The notes under the pieces: generated by a model
Databases searched by the model: none
What the model was told of the DNA's origin: nothing
What the model saw: only the letters and a program-made list of their open reading frames with translations
NCBI GenBank assembly: GCA_903928345.1
Contig: CAIYQO010000266.1
Coordinates: 2,029 to 66,028, forward strand
Source of the DNA: an uncultured bacterium
GTDB taxonomy: Bacteria > Armatimonadota > Hebobacteria > CAIYQO01
Direction: 5' to 3'
DNA length: 64,000 bases
Part shown: positions 1-10,466 of the stretch, one piece after another
Layout: each line of letters begins with the position of its first letter
How positions within the stretch are numbered: position 1 is the stretch's first letter
Made by a program: the position numbers and the translations under genes

Positions 1-129
1 ATTTCGTCCCGTTACCATACCCCATCCATCCCTTTCATCCCCGTGAATTATCACCCACAATTAAGCTAGCCCTCGCAAACACAACCAAACAACTTAACTA
101 TTATTGCCCCCACAAATGACGTTTTTCCC

Positions 130-1266
130 TCACCGCCGCTTCCCCACCCGCGCCGGGGCGATGCGCACCGCCCCCTCCGGGCAGAGTTCGTGGCAGCAGA
201 AGCAGCGGAGGCAGGGCTTCAGGTTGATGGTGGGGACGGCGCCGCGGAGGTGGGTGATGGCGTGGGGCGGGCAGTGGCCGGCGCACTTGCCGCACTTGAT
301 GCAGCGGGCGGCGTCGATGACCGGGCGGGGGGCGAAGAGCCAGCTCGACAGGTCGGCGATCCACAGCGGCATGATGCCCGACCCCTTCAGCGTGGGCGCG
401 GGCACGAAGTCCGCCACGCGCACGTCCGCCGGGTCGGCGCCGTGCAGGGTAATCTCCCCCAGCGCCTTCGGCCCCAGGCCGCGCGCCGCCGCGGCGCCTA
501 CCGTGGGCACACCGAGCGGGTCGAGGCCGATGAGGTGCGTGCCCACGAAGTCCAGCGCGTAGACGCTGGGGCTGGCGAGGAGCAGCCCCACCTGGCGCGG
601 CGTGCCGTGCGACGGCCCGTTGCCCTCCATCGCCGTCACCGCGTCCATGATGGTCAGCGCGGGGGGCAGCGTCTCGGCGATGTCCAGCAGCAACTCGGCA
701 AAGTCGTCCAGCCGCTTGCCCGCGTGCAGGTGGTACTCCACCTTGCGCATCCCCGGCAGGTACCCGTAGAGCAGCTTCACCGCGCCGGTGTAGAACATGA
801 AGCCGTGGGTCTTCAGCTTGGGCAGCCCGATCACCACGTCGGCGTCGAAGGGCGCCTTCACCAGGGTGAGCTTCTTATACACCCGCGCCCGCGGGCAGTC
901 CACCTCGACGGTGTCCGCGTCGAAGAAGACCACCGCGCAACCTGTCTCGTCGATCACCTGCTGGATGCCCGTCGCCTTCAGCAGCGCCGGGTAGCCGCCG
1001 TTCATGTTGATCATGCCCGGCGAGTCGCCCACCACCGCCGTGGCGCCCAGCGCCTGCACCGCGCGCACCACCGCGCGCACCAGCGCCGGGTGGGTGGTCA
1101 CCGCCGCTTCGGGCGGTTTGGCCATCAGCAGGTTGAGCTTCAGCAGCACGCGCTGCCCGGGCTTAACGAAGGCGGCCAGCCCGCCGAGGGGGGCCAGCGC
1201 CTCCGCCAGCGCGGCGTCGACGGCGTCATAGGAGGGGCAGCGGGTGATGGTGACGGTGTTCGGCAT
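130..1266 (-). CDS. DUF362 domain protein with C-terminal 2x CxxCxxCxxxCP 4Fe-4S ferredoxin-type motifs
   Basis: 378-aa ORF. C-terminus has CIKCGKCAGHCP and CLRCFCCHELCP motifs. Lies 31 nt downstream of the ABC-F gene on the same strand. Confidence 0.7.
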   Translation of the reverse strand: MPNTVTITRCPSYDAVDAALAEALAPLGGLAAFVKPGQRVLLKLNLLMAKPPEAAVTTHPALVRAVVRAVQALGATAVVGDSPGMINMNGGYPALLKATGIQQVIDETGCAVVFFDADTVEVDCPRARVYKKLTLVKAPFDADVVIGLPKLKTHGFMFYTGAVKLLYGYLPGMRKVEYHLHAGKRLDDFAELLLDIAETLPPALTIMDAVTAMEGNGPSHGTPRQVGLLLASPSVYALDFVGTHLIGLDPLGVPTVGAAAARGLGPKALGEITLHGADPADVRVADFVPAPTLKGSGIMPLWIADLSSWLFAPRPVIDAARCIKCGKCAGHCPPHAITHLRGAVPTINLKPCLRCFCCHELCPEGAVRIAPARVGKRR

Positions 1267-1297
1267 GGGAAGAGTATACCCGTTTCCCGCTCCCCCG

Positions 1298-3103
1298 TCA
1301 GCCGCCCGCCTTCGCTTCCAGCTCCGCCCAGCGGGTGTAGAGGGTCTGCACGTGCTCCTGCGCGGCGTGGTGCTCGGTGCTCAAGGTGTGCAGGCGCTGA
1401 TGGTCGGCGAGCACGGCGGGGGTCTGCAGCAGCGCCGCAAGGCCGGCCAACGCGTCCTCCGCCGCCAGGATCGCCGCCTCCATCCCCTCCAGCTCGCGCT
1501 CCTCGCGCCAGGTCATCTTCTTGGCGGCGCGGGCCACGGTGGGGCGCGGGGCGGTCTTTACCGCCGGCTCCTTGCGCACTGCCGCCCGCGCCGCGGTGGC
1601 GCGCTCCCATTGGGACAGGTCGGCGTAGTAGGCGGGCACGGGGTCGTCGGATTCCAGCGCCAGCAGGCCGGTGCACAGGCGGTCGAGCATGAAGCGGTCG
1701 TGGGTCACCAGCAGCAGCGTGCCGGGGAAGTCGGCCAGGCTCTCCTCGAGCACCTGCAGCGAGGGGATGTCCAGGTCGTTCGTCGGCTCGTCGAGCACAA
1801 GCACGTCGGCGGGTTGGCGCATCAACTCGGCGATGTAGATGCGCGCCTGCTCGCCGCCGGAGAGTTCGCTCACCGGCAGCGGCAACTGCTCCGGGGTGAA
1901 GAGGAAGCGCTTGGCCCACGCAGTGACGTGGATATACGACCCGCGGTACGCCACCTGGTCGCCGGTGGGGGCGAGCGCCTCGCGCAGCGTGAGGTGCGGA
2001 TCGAGGGCGGGACGGTGCTGCGCGAAGTAGACCACCTTCAGGTCGTCCGCGCACCACACCGTGCCGTGGTCGGGGGGCAGCTCGCCGCCAAGTACGCGCA
2101 ACAGCGTGGTCTTCCCCGTGCCGTTGGCGCCAAGCAGGCCCAGGCGCATACCCGCCAGCAGTTCGATGTCGAGCCCGCGGAAGAGGCAGCGCCCACCGAG
2201 CGACTTCTCCAGCCCCGTGCCGATGACCAGCCGCTTGGTGCGGCGTCCCCCGGCGGTGAAGTCGATCTGCACGGTGCGCCCCTGCGTGTTGCGCTCCTTC
2301 GTCTCCGCCAGCGTGGCGATCATCGCTTCGGCATCCTCGATGCGCCCCTTCGCCTTGGTGGTGCGCGCCCGCGCGCCGCGCTGCAGCCACGCCACCTCGC
2401 GCCGCACGGTGCTCTCCAGCGCCTGCTGCTGGCTCTGCTGCCCCAGCACGAACTCCTCGCGCTTGAGCAGGAAGTCGCTGTAGCCGCCCTCCACGCTGAA
2501 GGCGCCGTCGGGGTAGACGCGGCTCAGCTCCAGCACGCGGGTGGCGGCGTGCTCCAGCAAATAGCGGTCGTGGCTGATGAAAACGCACGCGCACGACGCC
2601 GCCTGTAGCAGTGCCTCCAGCCAGAGGATGCCGGGCAGATCGAGGTGGTTCGTCGGCTCGTCGAGGAGGAGCAATTCGGGCTCCGTGACCAGCGCGCGCG
2701 CCAGTGCGAGGCGCTTCTTCCAGCCGCCGGAAAGGGTCGCGGCCAGGGCCGCGGGGTCGGGGAACTCCAGCTTGCCGCAGAGCATGTCCGCGCGCACGCG
2801 GCTGATGTGGGGGTCCAGCATGTGGTCCTCCGCCGCCAGCAGCACGTCGAGCACCGAGGCGCCGTCGGGGAAGGCATCCACCTGCGGCACGTACCCCACG
2901 CGCAGCCCGCGCCGCAGGGTGATCTCGCCGGCGTCCGGCGTCTCTTCCCCCGCCAACATGCGCAGCAGCGTGGACTTACCCGCCCCGTTCGGCCCGATCA
3001 CCCCCAGCCGCTCCCCTTCGCCCACGCCGAAGGACACCCCCGCAAAGAGGGTGCGCAGCCCAAACGCCTTACCGATCTTATCGCAGTTGAGTACAAGTGC
3101 CAT
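1298..3103 (-). CDS. ABC-F family ATPase (tandem ABC ATPase domains, no TMD; Uup/YheS-like)
   Basis: 601 aa. Two Walker A motifs (GPNGAGKST, GANGTGKTT), LSGG signature motifs, and a C-terminal charged or coiled tail. Confidence 0.85.
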   Translation of the reverse strand: MALVLNCDKIGKAFGLRTLFAGVSFGVGEGERLGVIGPNGAGKSTLLRMLAGEETPDAGEITLRRGLRVGYVPQVDAFPDGASVLDVLLAAEDHMLDPHISRVRADMLCGKLEFPDPAALAATLSGGWKKRLALARALVTEPELLLLDEPTNHLDLPGILWLEALLQAASCACVFISHDRYLLEHAATRVLELSRVYPDGAFSVEGGYSDFLLKREEFVLGQQSQQQALESTVRREVAWLQRGARARTTKAKGRIEDAEAMIATLAETKERNTQGRTVQIDFTAGGRRTKRLVIGTGLEKSLGGRCLFRGLDIELLAGMRLGLLGANGTGKTTLLRVLGGELPPDHGTVWCADDLKVVYFAQHRPALDPHLTLREALAPTGDQVAYRGSYIHVTAWAKRFLFTPEQLPLPVSELSGGEQARIYIAELMRQPADVLVLDEPTNDLDIPSLQVLEESLADFPGTLLLVTHDRFMLDRLCTGLLALESDDPVPAYYADLSQWERATAARAAVRKEPAVKTAPRPTVARAAKKMTWREERELEGMEAAILAAEDALAGLAALLQTPAVLADHQRLHTLSTEHHAAQEHVQTLYTRWAELEAKAGG

Positions 3104-3343
3104 AATGCAAGCGGCGTCCAGACACGCCGGAGGATATGATACAGGGATTTCGGGGTTCCGGCCACTGAGAGCGGTTGATGCGGGAGAATCCTCCCGAGCG
3201 GATGAGCCCCGTCAAGATCAATCGGCCCGAGAATCATCGTTACCATTTCCGTATTATTGCGGGATCAAGGAACAATGCAGGCTTCCCTGGTGTCCTACCA
3301 TACATTCCGGCATGTAGCCGATCCGATCTATGGAGGTTGACAC

Positions 3344-3802
3344 ATGGTACTCCTGACACGAAAACATCTCATCCTTGCGCTGCTTGGTGTGCTGGCGTTA
3401 GTCGTGACCGGCACGACGTTGTTCGGTGAAGAGCCGCCGGCACCGCCGGTCGATACCGCGGTCCGGTGGGCCAGTGCCGACGGCGCGATGGAGATCATCC
3501 TCACGCCGGTCGTCAACGCGAAGACCAAGACGAACTATCGCCTCATCGTCATCTCGGCGAAAGAGCTGCAGGTCACGTATCACACCAGCCTGAATAGCTC
3601 GACCAAGGTCGACAAGGTGCTCAAGCCTCTCGCCTCGACTTTACGCGATGTGAAGGTCTATGAATTCGGGCATGAGTTTTCGCGCACCACGATCTGGATG
3701 GCGCTGACATTCGCGCATAACGGGAAACCGGTGACGGAGCTGACCCGGACGTTCTATGACGGGATTGACCATACCGTGCCGAATGCGAACTTTCTGAAGT
3801 AG
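3344..3802 (+). CDS. hypothetical secreted protein (signal peptide)
   Basis: 152-aa ORF with an N-terminal hydrophobic signal-like segment (LILALLGVLALVVTG). Lower GC than the flanks. Confidence 0.5.
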   Translation: MVLLTRKHLILALLGVLALVVTGTTLFGEEPPAPPVDTAVRWASADGAMEIILTPVVNAKTKTNYRLIVISAKELQVTYHTSLNSSTKVDKVLKPLASTLRDVKVYEFGHEFSRTTIWMALTFAHNGKPVTELTRTFYDGIDHTVPNANFLK

Positions 3803-3900
3803 CGCTGGGAAACCGCTGCCGCCTGCCCGATGCGTGGCGACGGCTCCATGCCCAACCAGTCTGCTCGAGCAGCAGATGACCATACGAGAGGGAGAATGTT

Positions 3901-5142
3901 ATGACCAGACTCGCAGCATCTTTCGCCGCAACCAGGCACACGCGCACTCACCGCGGCCTATCCCGGCTTATGCAAAGTTTCGCCTTGCTGCTGCTCATTG
4001 CGACCGGAGACGCGCTTATCGTCACAAGAGCCGGCGCCGCGGCTCCCGCCACCGAGAAGGCGAATGCTGTGGTCGTCACCAAATGTCAGCAGGACCTGGC
4101 GCAACGGCTCAATATCCCGGTGAAGGATATCGCGGTCATCGATGCCGAAGCGAAGGTCTGGCCGGACGCCGCGCTGGGGATGCCGGAACCCGGAAAAGTG
4201 TACGCCCAGGTGCAGACACCCGGCTGGCGTATCGTGCTGGAAGCGCGGCAGATTCGCTATCTATATACCGCTAGTGACCACGGGTGCAAATTCGGTGGGC
4301 CGCTGTCCCTGTGGGACTACTCGATGCTCTACGTGCTGCCGGTGCCGCAAGAACCGAACCTCAATGGCGACCTGTATCAGTGCTCGTTGGTGGGCACGAA
4401 CCACCTCCGCCTCGTTTCCGGAGTCGATTCGTATTACCCACAGGCCAAAGGGGTGGTGCTCTTCACGCGGCGCACTTCACGTTCGGGGTTCGAGCTATTG
4501 TCGATAAAGGCCGGCGCGGGCAAAGAGGCGCAACGGCTCCATTCGGCATTCTCCATCGGTGCGGCGGCGCTCAATGAAGCGCAGGATACCTGGGCCGCCT
4601 TCGTGCGACCGGGCTTGGGCAACGGGTGGAAGGTCGTGGTCGCACGCATCGGGCAAGATGACGTCGTCACGCTCCCGTTGCCGGATGACGCACAGCAACC
4701 GCAACGTATCGTCTGGTCGGGTGAGCGGCTTATGATCCAGGTTGGCACCGCGAAGGGCACGGCCTGCTTTGCGACGACCCCGGCTAAGGCAGCCCCCGAG
4801 TGGCACGCGGTGGATCACGTCCAATTCCAGGAGGCACAGGGATACCGGCTGAACAAGAGCGAATGGTTGGAGATTACGCAAACCGGCACGGAGAAGAAAC
4901 CCTGCGTGGAAGTGTCGCGGGTCTGGTTTACCGGCGACCGCAATGACGTGGCGACGATCAATGGCTTGACATTACGCGGACACGAGTTGCTCAACGCTGG
5001 TTATGCCTTCATTTGGGGTGAACAGCATGGGCAGGCCGCCGCCTACACCGTGGATATCTCTTCCGGCGAGGTGACGCCCGGTTTCCATGGCGTGTGCCAG
5101 GATATCAAACCCTTCACCTACCCGCCCAGCACCACACCCTGA
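3901..5142 (+). CDS. hypothetical secreted protein
   Basis: 413-aa ORF with a hydrophobic N-terminus (FALLLLIATGDALIV). No recognisable motif. Lower GC. Confidence 0.5.
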   Translation: MTRLAASFAATRHTRTHRGLSRLMQSFALLLLIATGDALIVTRAGAAAPATEKANAVVVTKCQQDLAQRLNIPVKDIAVIDAEAKVWPDAALGMPEPGKVYAQVQTPGWRIVLEARQIRYLYTASDHGCKFGGPLSLWDYSMLYVLPVPQEPNLNGDLYQCSLVGTNHLRLVSGVDSYYPQAKGVVLFTRRTSRSGFELLSIKAGAGKEAQRLHSAFSIGAAALNEAQDTWAAFVRPGLGNGWKVVVARIGQDDVVTLPLPDDAQQPQRIVWSGERLMIQVGTAKGTACFATTPAKAAPEWHAVDHVQFQEAQGYRLNKSEWLEITQTGTEKKPCVEVSRVWFTGDRNDVATINGLTLRGHELLNAGYAFIWGEQHGQAAAYTVDISSGEVTPGFHGVCQDIKPFTYPPSTTP

Positions 5143-5198
5143 GCGCGGACGTTGACGGAGGCTGCGTGCACCGGCCTCCGTCAACGCGCGGTCGCAGA

Positions 5199-6374
5199 CT
5201 ATTTCCCGACAAATCCCCACTTGCCATTCAGCTTGACACCCGCCAAGCCGCCGTGGAAACCCAGCACTTCGTCGAAGGTGGGTGGGATCACTTCGCGCCC
5301 CGTCTTATCGATGAATCCCCATTTGCCGTCCAGTTGCACACCGGCCACACCTTCGCTAAATGAGAGTGCACTCGCGTAGCGCAGGGGGATCGCAAGCTGA
5401 CCGGTCGGATCGATGTAGCCCCATTGCTCGTTTAATTGTACACCAGCAAGACCTTCATGAAAGTTTGCGGCACGGGTATAGGTAAGCGGCACGACTTCAT
5501 GGCCGGTCTTGTCGATAAACCCCCATTTACCGTGCAGGCTCACGACCGCCATGCCTTCGGAGAAGGTACCGCCGGGAAACGTGGATTCGTAGCGGGGCGG
5601 CACGATCTCCTTGCCGGTGCGGTCGATGAAGCCCAAGCGGTTTTTGTTATTCTCCACGCCCGCGAGCCCTTCGGAAAAGGCCTCACACAAGTCATATTGG
5701 CAGGCGATGACTTCGCGCCCGGTGTTGTCGATATACCCCCACAGTTTATTGTGTTGCACGGCGGCCAACCCTTCATGGAAGGAGTCGGCGTCTTCGTACG
5801 TCAGTGGAATCACCTCGCGCCCGTTTTTATCGACGAATCCCCATTGTTTCTGCAGTTTCACGGCCGCCAGGTCACCGGCAAACGAGAAGACCAGGTCATA
5901 GCGTAGCGGAACGACCACATGTCCGGCCTTGTCGATGAACCCGCATTTTTCATCGCGCTTCACCATCGCCAGATCTTCAGCGAAGGGCCAGGCTTCATCA
6001 TACTGGAACGGAATAACCGTCTTCCCGGTCTTGTCGAGAAAGCCGAACCAATCGTCTTCGGTCGCCAGACAGGCCAGCGCTTCGGTCATGCCTTCGGTGG
6101 GAAAATACGTTTTATACTTACAGGGAATGACTTCGCGCCCCGTGGCATCCACATACCCCCAGAGCTTGTTGTGCTCCACGAGGGCCATGCCATCGGCAAA
6201 GCTATACACGTCATCATAGTTGCACGGCACAATGAGGGTGCCCGGCCGTGTTGGCGCCGTTTGGGCCTGCGCCTGCAAAGCCGGGAGAAAGAAAACACAA
6301 GCCAGTAGGAGCACAGCGCGCTGCATAGACGACATAACCACCATCCCTCCACTCAACCTGCACCATCCTATCAC
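5199..6374 (-). CDS. WG-repeat (KWG/WG_beta_rep-like) secreted protein
   Basis: 391 aa. Signal peptide, then about 10 tandem ~35-aa units of the form KWGFIDKTGKEVIP...F.EGLA.V. Confidence 0.75.
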   Translation of the reverse strand: MIGWCRLSGGMVVMSSMQRAVLLLACVFFLPALQAQAQTAPTRPGTLIVPCNYDDVYSFADGMALVEHNKLWGYVDATGREVIPCKYKTYFPTEGMTEALACLATEDDWFGFLDKTGKTVIPFQYDEAWPFAEDLAMVKRDEKCGFIDKAGHVVVPLRYDLVFSFAGDLAAVKLQKQWGFVDKNGREVIPLTYEDADSFHEGLAAVQHNKLWGYIDNTGREVIACQYDLCEAFSEGLAGVENNKNRLGFIDRTGKEIVPPRYESTFPGGTFSEGMAVVSLHGKWGFIDKTGHEVVPLTYTRAANFHEGLAGVQLNEQWGYIDPTGQLAIPLRYASALSFSEGVAGVQLDGKWGFIDKTGREVIPPTFDEVLGFHGGLAGVKLNGKWGFVGK

Positions 6375-6578
6375 GATCAGCCGTGGGTTGGAAGCCGGCG
6401 GTCATGCGCGGTCCGAGCAATGGCACATCGACTGTGACGGATCGGGTGTCACGCGCGAGCGAAATCAGATCAGCCGCGAAGGGGATACACGCTGAATATT
6501 TTCACGTTCTCAGTACCAACTTTATTTGTAATCAAATGCTACACGAGATAGACTATTTCCCTATTCGTCTCAATTTTG

Positions 6579-8111
6579 TTACCTCCCCGCCCCTCTATCC
6601 ATCGTCCGAAACTGCACCGCCTCCGCGACGTGGGGGACGGCTAGCGACTCGTCGCCGGCGAGGTCGGCGATGGTGCGGGCGAGTTTCAGGATTCTATCGT
6701 ACGCGCGGGCGGAGAGGTGGAGCTGGTCGATGGCGGTGCGCAGCAGGCGCTGCACATCGTCGTCGAGGGGGCAGAACTGGCGGATGTCCTTGGGGCGCAT
6801 CTGCGCGTTGTTGGCGATGGGCGTGCCGGCGAAGCGGCGCAGTTGCACCTCGCGGGCGCGCGTGACGCGGGCGCGCACATCAACGGACGCCTCGCCCAGG
6901 CGCGTGGAGAGCAGCTCGTCGTGGCGCAGGCGCGGCACCTCGATGTGGATGTCCAGCCGGTCGAGCAGCGGCCCGCTGATGCGCGCCTGATATTTGGCCA
7001 CCTGCGCGGCGGAGCAGGTGCACCCGCGCACGCCGTCGCCGCGATAGCCGCACGGGCAGGGGTTCATGCTGGCGATGAGCTGCAGCCGCGCGGGATACGA
7101 CAGGTTGGCGGCGGCGCGGGAGATGGTGACCAGCCCGTCTTCCATCGGCTGGCGCAGCACCTCCAGCGTGCGGCGGTCGAATTCGGGGAATTCGTCGAGG
7201 AAGAGCACCCCCTGGTGCGCCAGGCTGATCTCACCCGGGCGCGGAATGCTGCCCCCGCCCACCAGCCCGGCGCTGCTGATGGTGTGGTGCGGCGACCGGA
7301 AGGGGCGGTGGCGGATGAGCCCGCAGCCGGCGGGGAGCATGCCGGCGATGGAGTAGATCTTCGTGATGTCCAGCGCTTCGGTCAGCGTGAGGGGCGGCAG
7401 GATGGTGGGCAGGCGCCGCGCGATGAGCGTTTTGCCCGACCCCGGCGGGCCGATCATAATCATATTGTGCCCGCCCGCCGCCGCCACTTCCAGCGCGCGC
7501 TTCACATGCTCCTGCCCCTTGACCTCGGAGAGGTCCATCTCAAAGGCCAGGCTCTCGGGCGCCCATTCCACTTCGCCGGTCAACGGGGCGCGTGTGCCCG
7601 GGTCGCCGAGTACGGTCGCGGCTTCCGCCAGCGTGGCGACCGGGTAGACCGCCAGCCCCGCCACCACCGCGGCCTCTGGCGCGTTCTCCGTGGGCACGAT
7701 GATCGCCGTTTTGCCGCGCGCCTTGGCGTCCAGCGCGATGGGCAACACGCCGGAGACGGGGCGCACCGAGCCGTCGAGGGATAGCTCACCAATTGCCACG
7801 AACTGCGCGGCGTCGCCGCCCTCCACCTGCCCGCACGCCATGAGGATGGCCAGCGCGATGGGCAGGTCGAAGCCCGGGCCCTCCTTGCGGATATCCGCCG
7901 GGGCCAGGTTGATGACCATGTGGATATTGGAGGGGAATTTGAACTGCGAGTTGCGGATCGCCGTGCGCACGCGCTCGCCGGCCTCCCGCACCGCGGTGTC
8001 GGGCAAGCCGACGATAGTGAACTTGGCGTCTCCCGGTGCAGCATCCACCTCGACCGAGACGAGATAGGCGTCGATGCCCAGAATCGCCGCTGAATCCAAT
8101 TGCGCAAGCAT
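6579..8111 (-). CDS. YifB/ComM family Mg-chelatase-like AAA+ ATPase
   Basis: 510 aa. N-terminal MLAQLDSAAILGIDAYLVSVEVD (Lon-like/ChlI N-domain), Walker A GPPGSGKT, and a C-terminal Mg-chelatase ChlI-like segment. Confidence 0.85.
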   Translation of the reverse strand: MLAQLDSAAILGIDAYLVSVEVDAAPGDAKFTIVGLPDTAVREAGERVRTAIRNSQFKFPSNIHMVINLAPADIRKEGPGFDLPIALAILMACGQVEGGDAAQFVAIGELSLDGSVRPVSGVLPIALDAKARGKTAIIVPTENAPEAAVVAGLAVYPVATLAEAATVLGDPGTRAPLTGEVEWAPESLAFEMDLSEVKGQEHVKRALEVAAAGGHNMIMIGPPGSGKTLIARRLPTILPPLTLTEALDITKIYSIAGMLPAGCGLIRHRPFRSPHHTISSAGLVGGGSIPRPGEISLAHQGVLFLDEFPEFDRRTLEVLRQPMEDGLVTISRAAANLSYPARLQLIASMNPCPCGYRGDGVRGCTCSAAQVAKYQARISGPLLDRLDIHIEVPRLRHDELLSTRLGEASVDVRARVTRAREVQLRRFAGTPIANNAQMRPKDIRQFCPLDDDVQRLLRTAIDQLHLSARAYDRILKLARTIADLAGDESLAVPHVAEAVQFRTMDRGAGR

Positions 8112-8267
8112 GCCTTATCAATTCAAGGGTTCGCTGGGAATTCCTCCCGTGGCCGAAAAAATGTTTGCGTCACGTTAATTTTTCCGCCGGGGGGATTAAG
8201 GGAATTGTTAGTTGGGCAAGCTGTAAGCAGCAATGCGGGACGGCAGTCGTGCGTTGCGCTTCCTCGC

Positions 8268-8296
8268 TTGACGATTGTGTTTTGTCCTCGTAAGCT
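8268..8296 (+). promoter_or_regulatory. sigma70-like promoter TTGACG-17-TAAGCT upstream of the response regulator
   Basis: -35 at 8268-8273 and -10 at 8291-8296 with a 17-nt spacer. G-rich RBS GGGGGGA lies before ATG 8319. Confidence 0.4.
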
Positions 8297-8318
8297 ATGG
8301 ACAGGGGGGAATATTGCG

Positions 8319-9023
8319 ATGTCGTCGGAAATTCTCATCATTGAAGATGACGAGCAGGTACTCGGCCTGGTGGCGCGTTATCTGGAGCGCGAAGGATTCA
8401 GCACGGTGACGGCGCGCAACGGGCGCGTGGGCTTGGAGACGGCGATCGCGCGCCGGCCGATGCTGGTGCTGCTCGACGTGAACCTGCCCGACCTGGATGG
8501 CTGGTCCATCCTGCGCCGGCTGCGCGACGACCCGGCGCTGGCGCCGGCGGTGATTATGCTCACCGCGCGCAGCGACGAGCCCGACCGCCTGCTGGGGTTA
8601 GACCTTGGTGCGGACGATTACATCGTAAAACCTTTCAGTCCCCGCGAAGTGGTGGCGCGTGTGAAAGCCGTGCTGCGCCGCGTGCATCCCGCCAACGCGC
8701 CGGCCACCGACCAGGACATGGCCTTCCCCGGCCTGCGCATCGACCTGGCGGGCCGCACCGTGTGGCACAACAACGCCGCGGTGAACCTGACCCCGAAAGA
8801 ATTCGACCTGCTGGTGCTGCTGGCCAGCCACCCGAACCGCGTGCTCACCCGCACCGCCCTCTACGACGCCGTGTGGGGCAGCGACGGCCAGGGCGACGAC
8901 CACACCCTCGACGTGCATGTGAACCGCCTACGCCGCAAGCTCACCAACCCCGACGGCACCCAATTCCTCGTCACCGCCCGCGGTGTGGGCTTCAAGTTCG
9001 AGGTACCGCATGGCCGTGCGTAG
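8319..9023 (+). CDS. OmpR-family response regulator
   Basis: MSSEILIIEDDE..VLLDVNLPDLDGW receiver domain and a winged-helix C-terminus. The listed ORF 8100..9023 is extended; the internal ATG at 8319 follows a G-rich RBS. Confidence 0.85.
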   Translation: MSSEILIIEDDEQVLGLVARYLEREGFSTVTARNGRVGLETAIARRPMLVLLDVNLPDLDGWSILRRLRDDPALAPAVIMLTARSDEPDRLLGLDLGADDYIVKPFSPREVVARVKAVLRRVHPANAPATDQDMAFPGLRIDLAGRTVWHNNAAVNLTPKEFDLLVLLASHPNRVLTRTALYDAVWGSDGQGDDHTLDVHVNRLRRKLTNPDGTQFLVTARGVGFKFEVPHGRA

Positions 9024-10455
9024 GCCCTCCCTGCTGCTGCTCGTTGCGCGGAATTACCTGTGGGCGATGCTGGCGACACTGCTGGTGTTGCTGCTTATCG
9101 TGCTGGCGATCACCGACGGCGTGGTGTTGTACGCGCGGCGGAACGCGCTCTCCGCGCAGCTCTCCGCCGTCGAGTCGGTGGACAACGCCATGCTCATGCT
9201 CTATGAGATCAACGGCGGCGAAGGGCACGAACGCGCGGGGAACCTGCTGCTGGACGCCGAGGGGCACTGGGTGAGCGGGCCGGATTCCGACGGCCAACCG
9301 GCGGAGGCCGCGTCCACCCCCCCCACGATTCACCGCTGGCCGAAGGCGGCGGAAGTCAACCGGCGCGGCGGTCTGCACGGCATGGAGCGGCTGCCGTGGA
9401 CGCGGGACGTGGTGATCTGGGCCGCGCGCCCGATGACCAGCCCCGACGGCGAGCCGCAAATCCTCATCGCCTGGGAGCAGGTCGGCGCCATTCGCCACGC
9501 CACCATGCCGGTCTACCTCAGCGTCATCGTCACCACCCTGCTCGCCTTCGGCATTTGCGCCCTCATCGGCATGCGCACCGTGCGCGGTATCACGCGCGTG
9601 CTGGACGGCATCGCGGAATCCAGCTCGCGCATGGCCGCCGGCGACTATCACATTCGCCTCCCCGCGCAGCCCGCCGAGGAACTCGCGCGCGTCACCATGG
9701 CCATCACCAGCCTGGCGCGCAATCTGGAGCAGACCACAACGGCGCTGCGCGCGGAGCACGTGCGCCTGTCGCAACTGGAGGGCCTGCAGCGGCAATTCGT
9801 CGCCGACGCCTCCCACGAGCTGCGCGCCCCGCTCACCGCCATGCGCGTCACGCTGGAGGCCTGGCAGGACGGCATCCTGCGGACCGAGGAGCAACCGCAG
9901 GCGCTGGAGCAGTTGGCCGACGGCGTGACGCGGCAGAGCAAGCTGGTGACGCGGCTGCTCGACCTGTCGCGCATCGAGTCGGGCCGCGAGTTGGTGATTA
10001 CCGAGCCGGTGGATCTGCGCGCGGTGGCGCTGGGCGTGGCGCGCGACGTGGCCGGCACGCCGGGCGCGCCGGTCACCGTGGAGGTGCCCGCCCTGCCGCT
10101 GGCCCTCGGCGACCACGACGCCATCACGCGTATCCTGACGAACTTCGTGGAGAATGCCCGCCGCTTCACGCCGCCGGATGGCACGGTGCGCATCGTGGCG
10201 ACCTCCGCGGGGGACACGGTGCGGTTGGCGGTCAGCGACACTGGCTGCGGCATCGACCCCGACTTCCTCCCCCGTGTCTGGGACCGCTTCGCCCGCGACC
10301 CGCAGGCCCGCGCCCAGGGAAAATCCGGCAGCGGGCTGGGGTTGGCCATCGTGCAGGCACTGGCGCAGGCCATGAACGGCGAAGTCGGTGCCGACAGCAC
10401 CCTCGGCGTCGGCACCACTATGTGGGTCCGCCTGCCGGTAGCGGTGGAGGAGTAG
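9010..10455 (+). CDS. sensor histidine kinase (TM, HAMP, HisKA, HATPase_c)
   Basis: H-box SHELRAPL, N/G boxes. The start ATG at 9010 overlaps the RR stop (ATGGCCGTGCGTAG). Confidence 0.8.
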   Translation: MAVRRPSLLLLVARNYLWAMLATLLVLLLIVLAITDGVVLYARRNALSAQLSAVESVDNAMLMLYEINGGEGHERAGNLLLDAEGHWVSGPDSDGQPAEAASTPPTIHRWPKAAEVNRRGGLHGMERLPWTRDVVIWAARPMTSPDGEPQILIAWEQVGAIRHATMPVYLSVIVTTLLAFGICALIGMRTVRGITRVLDGIAESSSRMAAGDYHIRLPAQPAEELARVTMAITSLARNLEQTTTALRAEHVRLSQLEGLQRQFVADASHELRAPLTAMRVTLEAWQDGILRTEEQPQALEQLADGVTRQSKLVTRLLDLSRIESGRELVITEPVDLRAVALGVARDVAGTPGAPVTVEVPALPLALGDHDAITRILTNFVENARRFTPPDGTVRIVATSAGDTVRLAVSDTGCGIDPDFLPRVWDRFARDPQARAQGKSGSGLGLAIVQALAQAMNGEVGADSTLGVGTTMWVRLPVAVEE

Positions 10456-10466
10456 GGCATCTCTCT

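Noticed and set aside
190-1692. Long ORFs antisense to or overlapping confident genes. Examples: 190-1692(+), 1140-2594(-), 14257-17103(+), 19148-20527(-), 22127-23806(-), 25818-28010(-), 41359-43476(-), 44437-46776(-), 54638-56821(+), 59331-61115(-).
   Set aside because: Typical shadow ORFs of a 70% GC genome. Their translations are Arg/Ala/Gly/Pro-rich low complexity. Each overlaps a gene with clear family motifs.
8100-9023. N-terminal extension of the response regulator ORF.
   Set aside because: The extension has no receiver-domain similarity. An internal ATG (8319) follows a promoter and a G-rich RBS and begins the canonical receiver domain.
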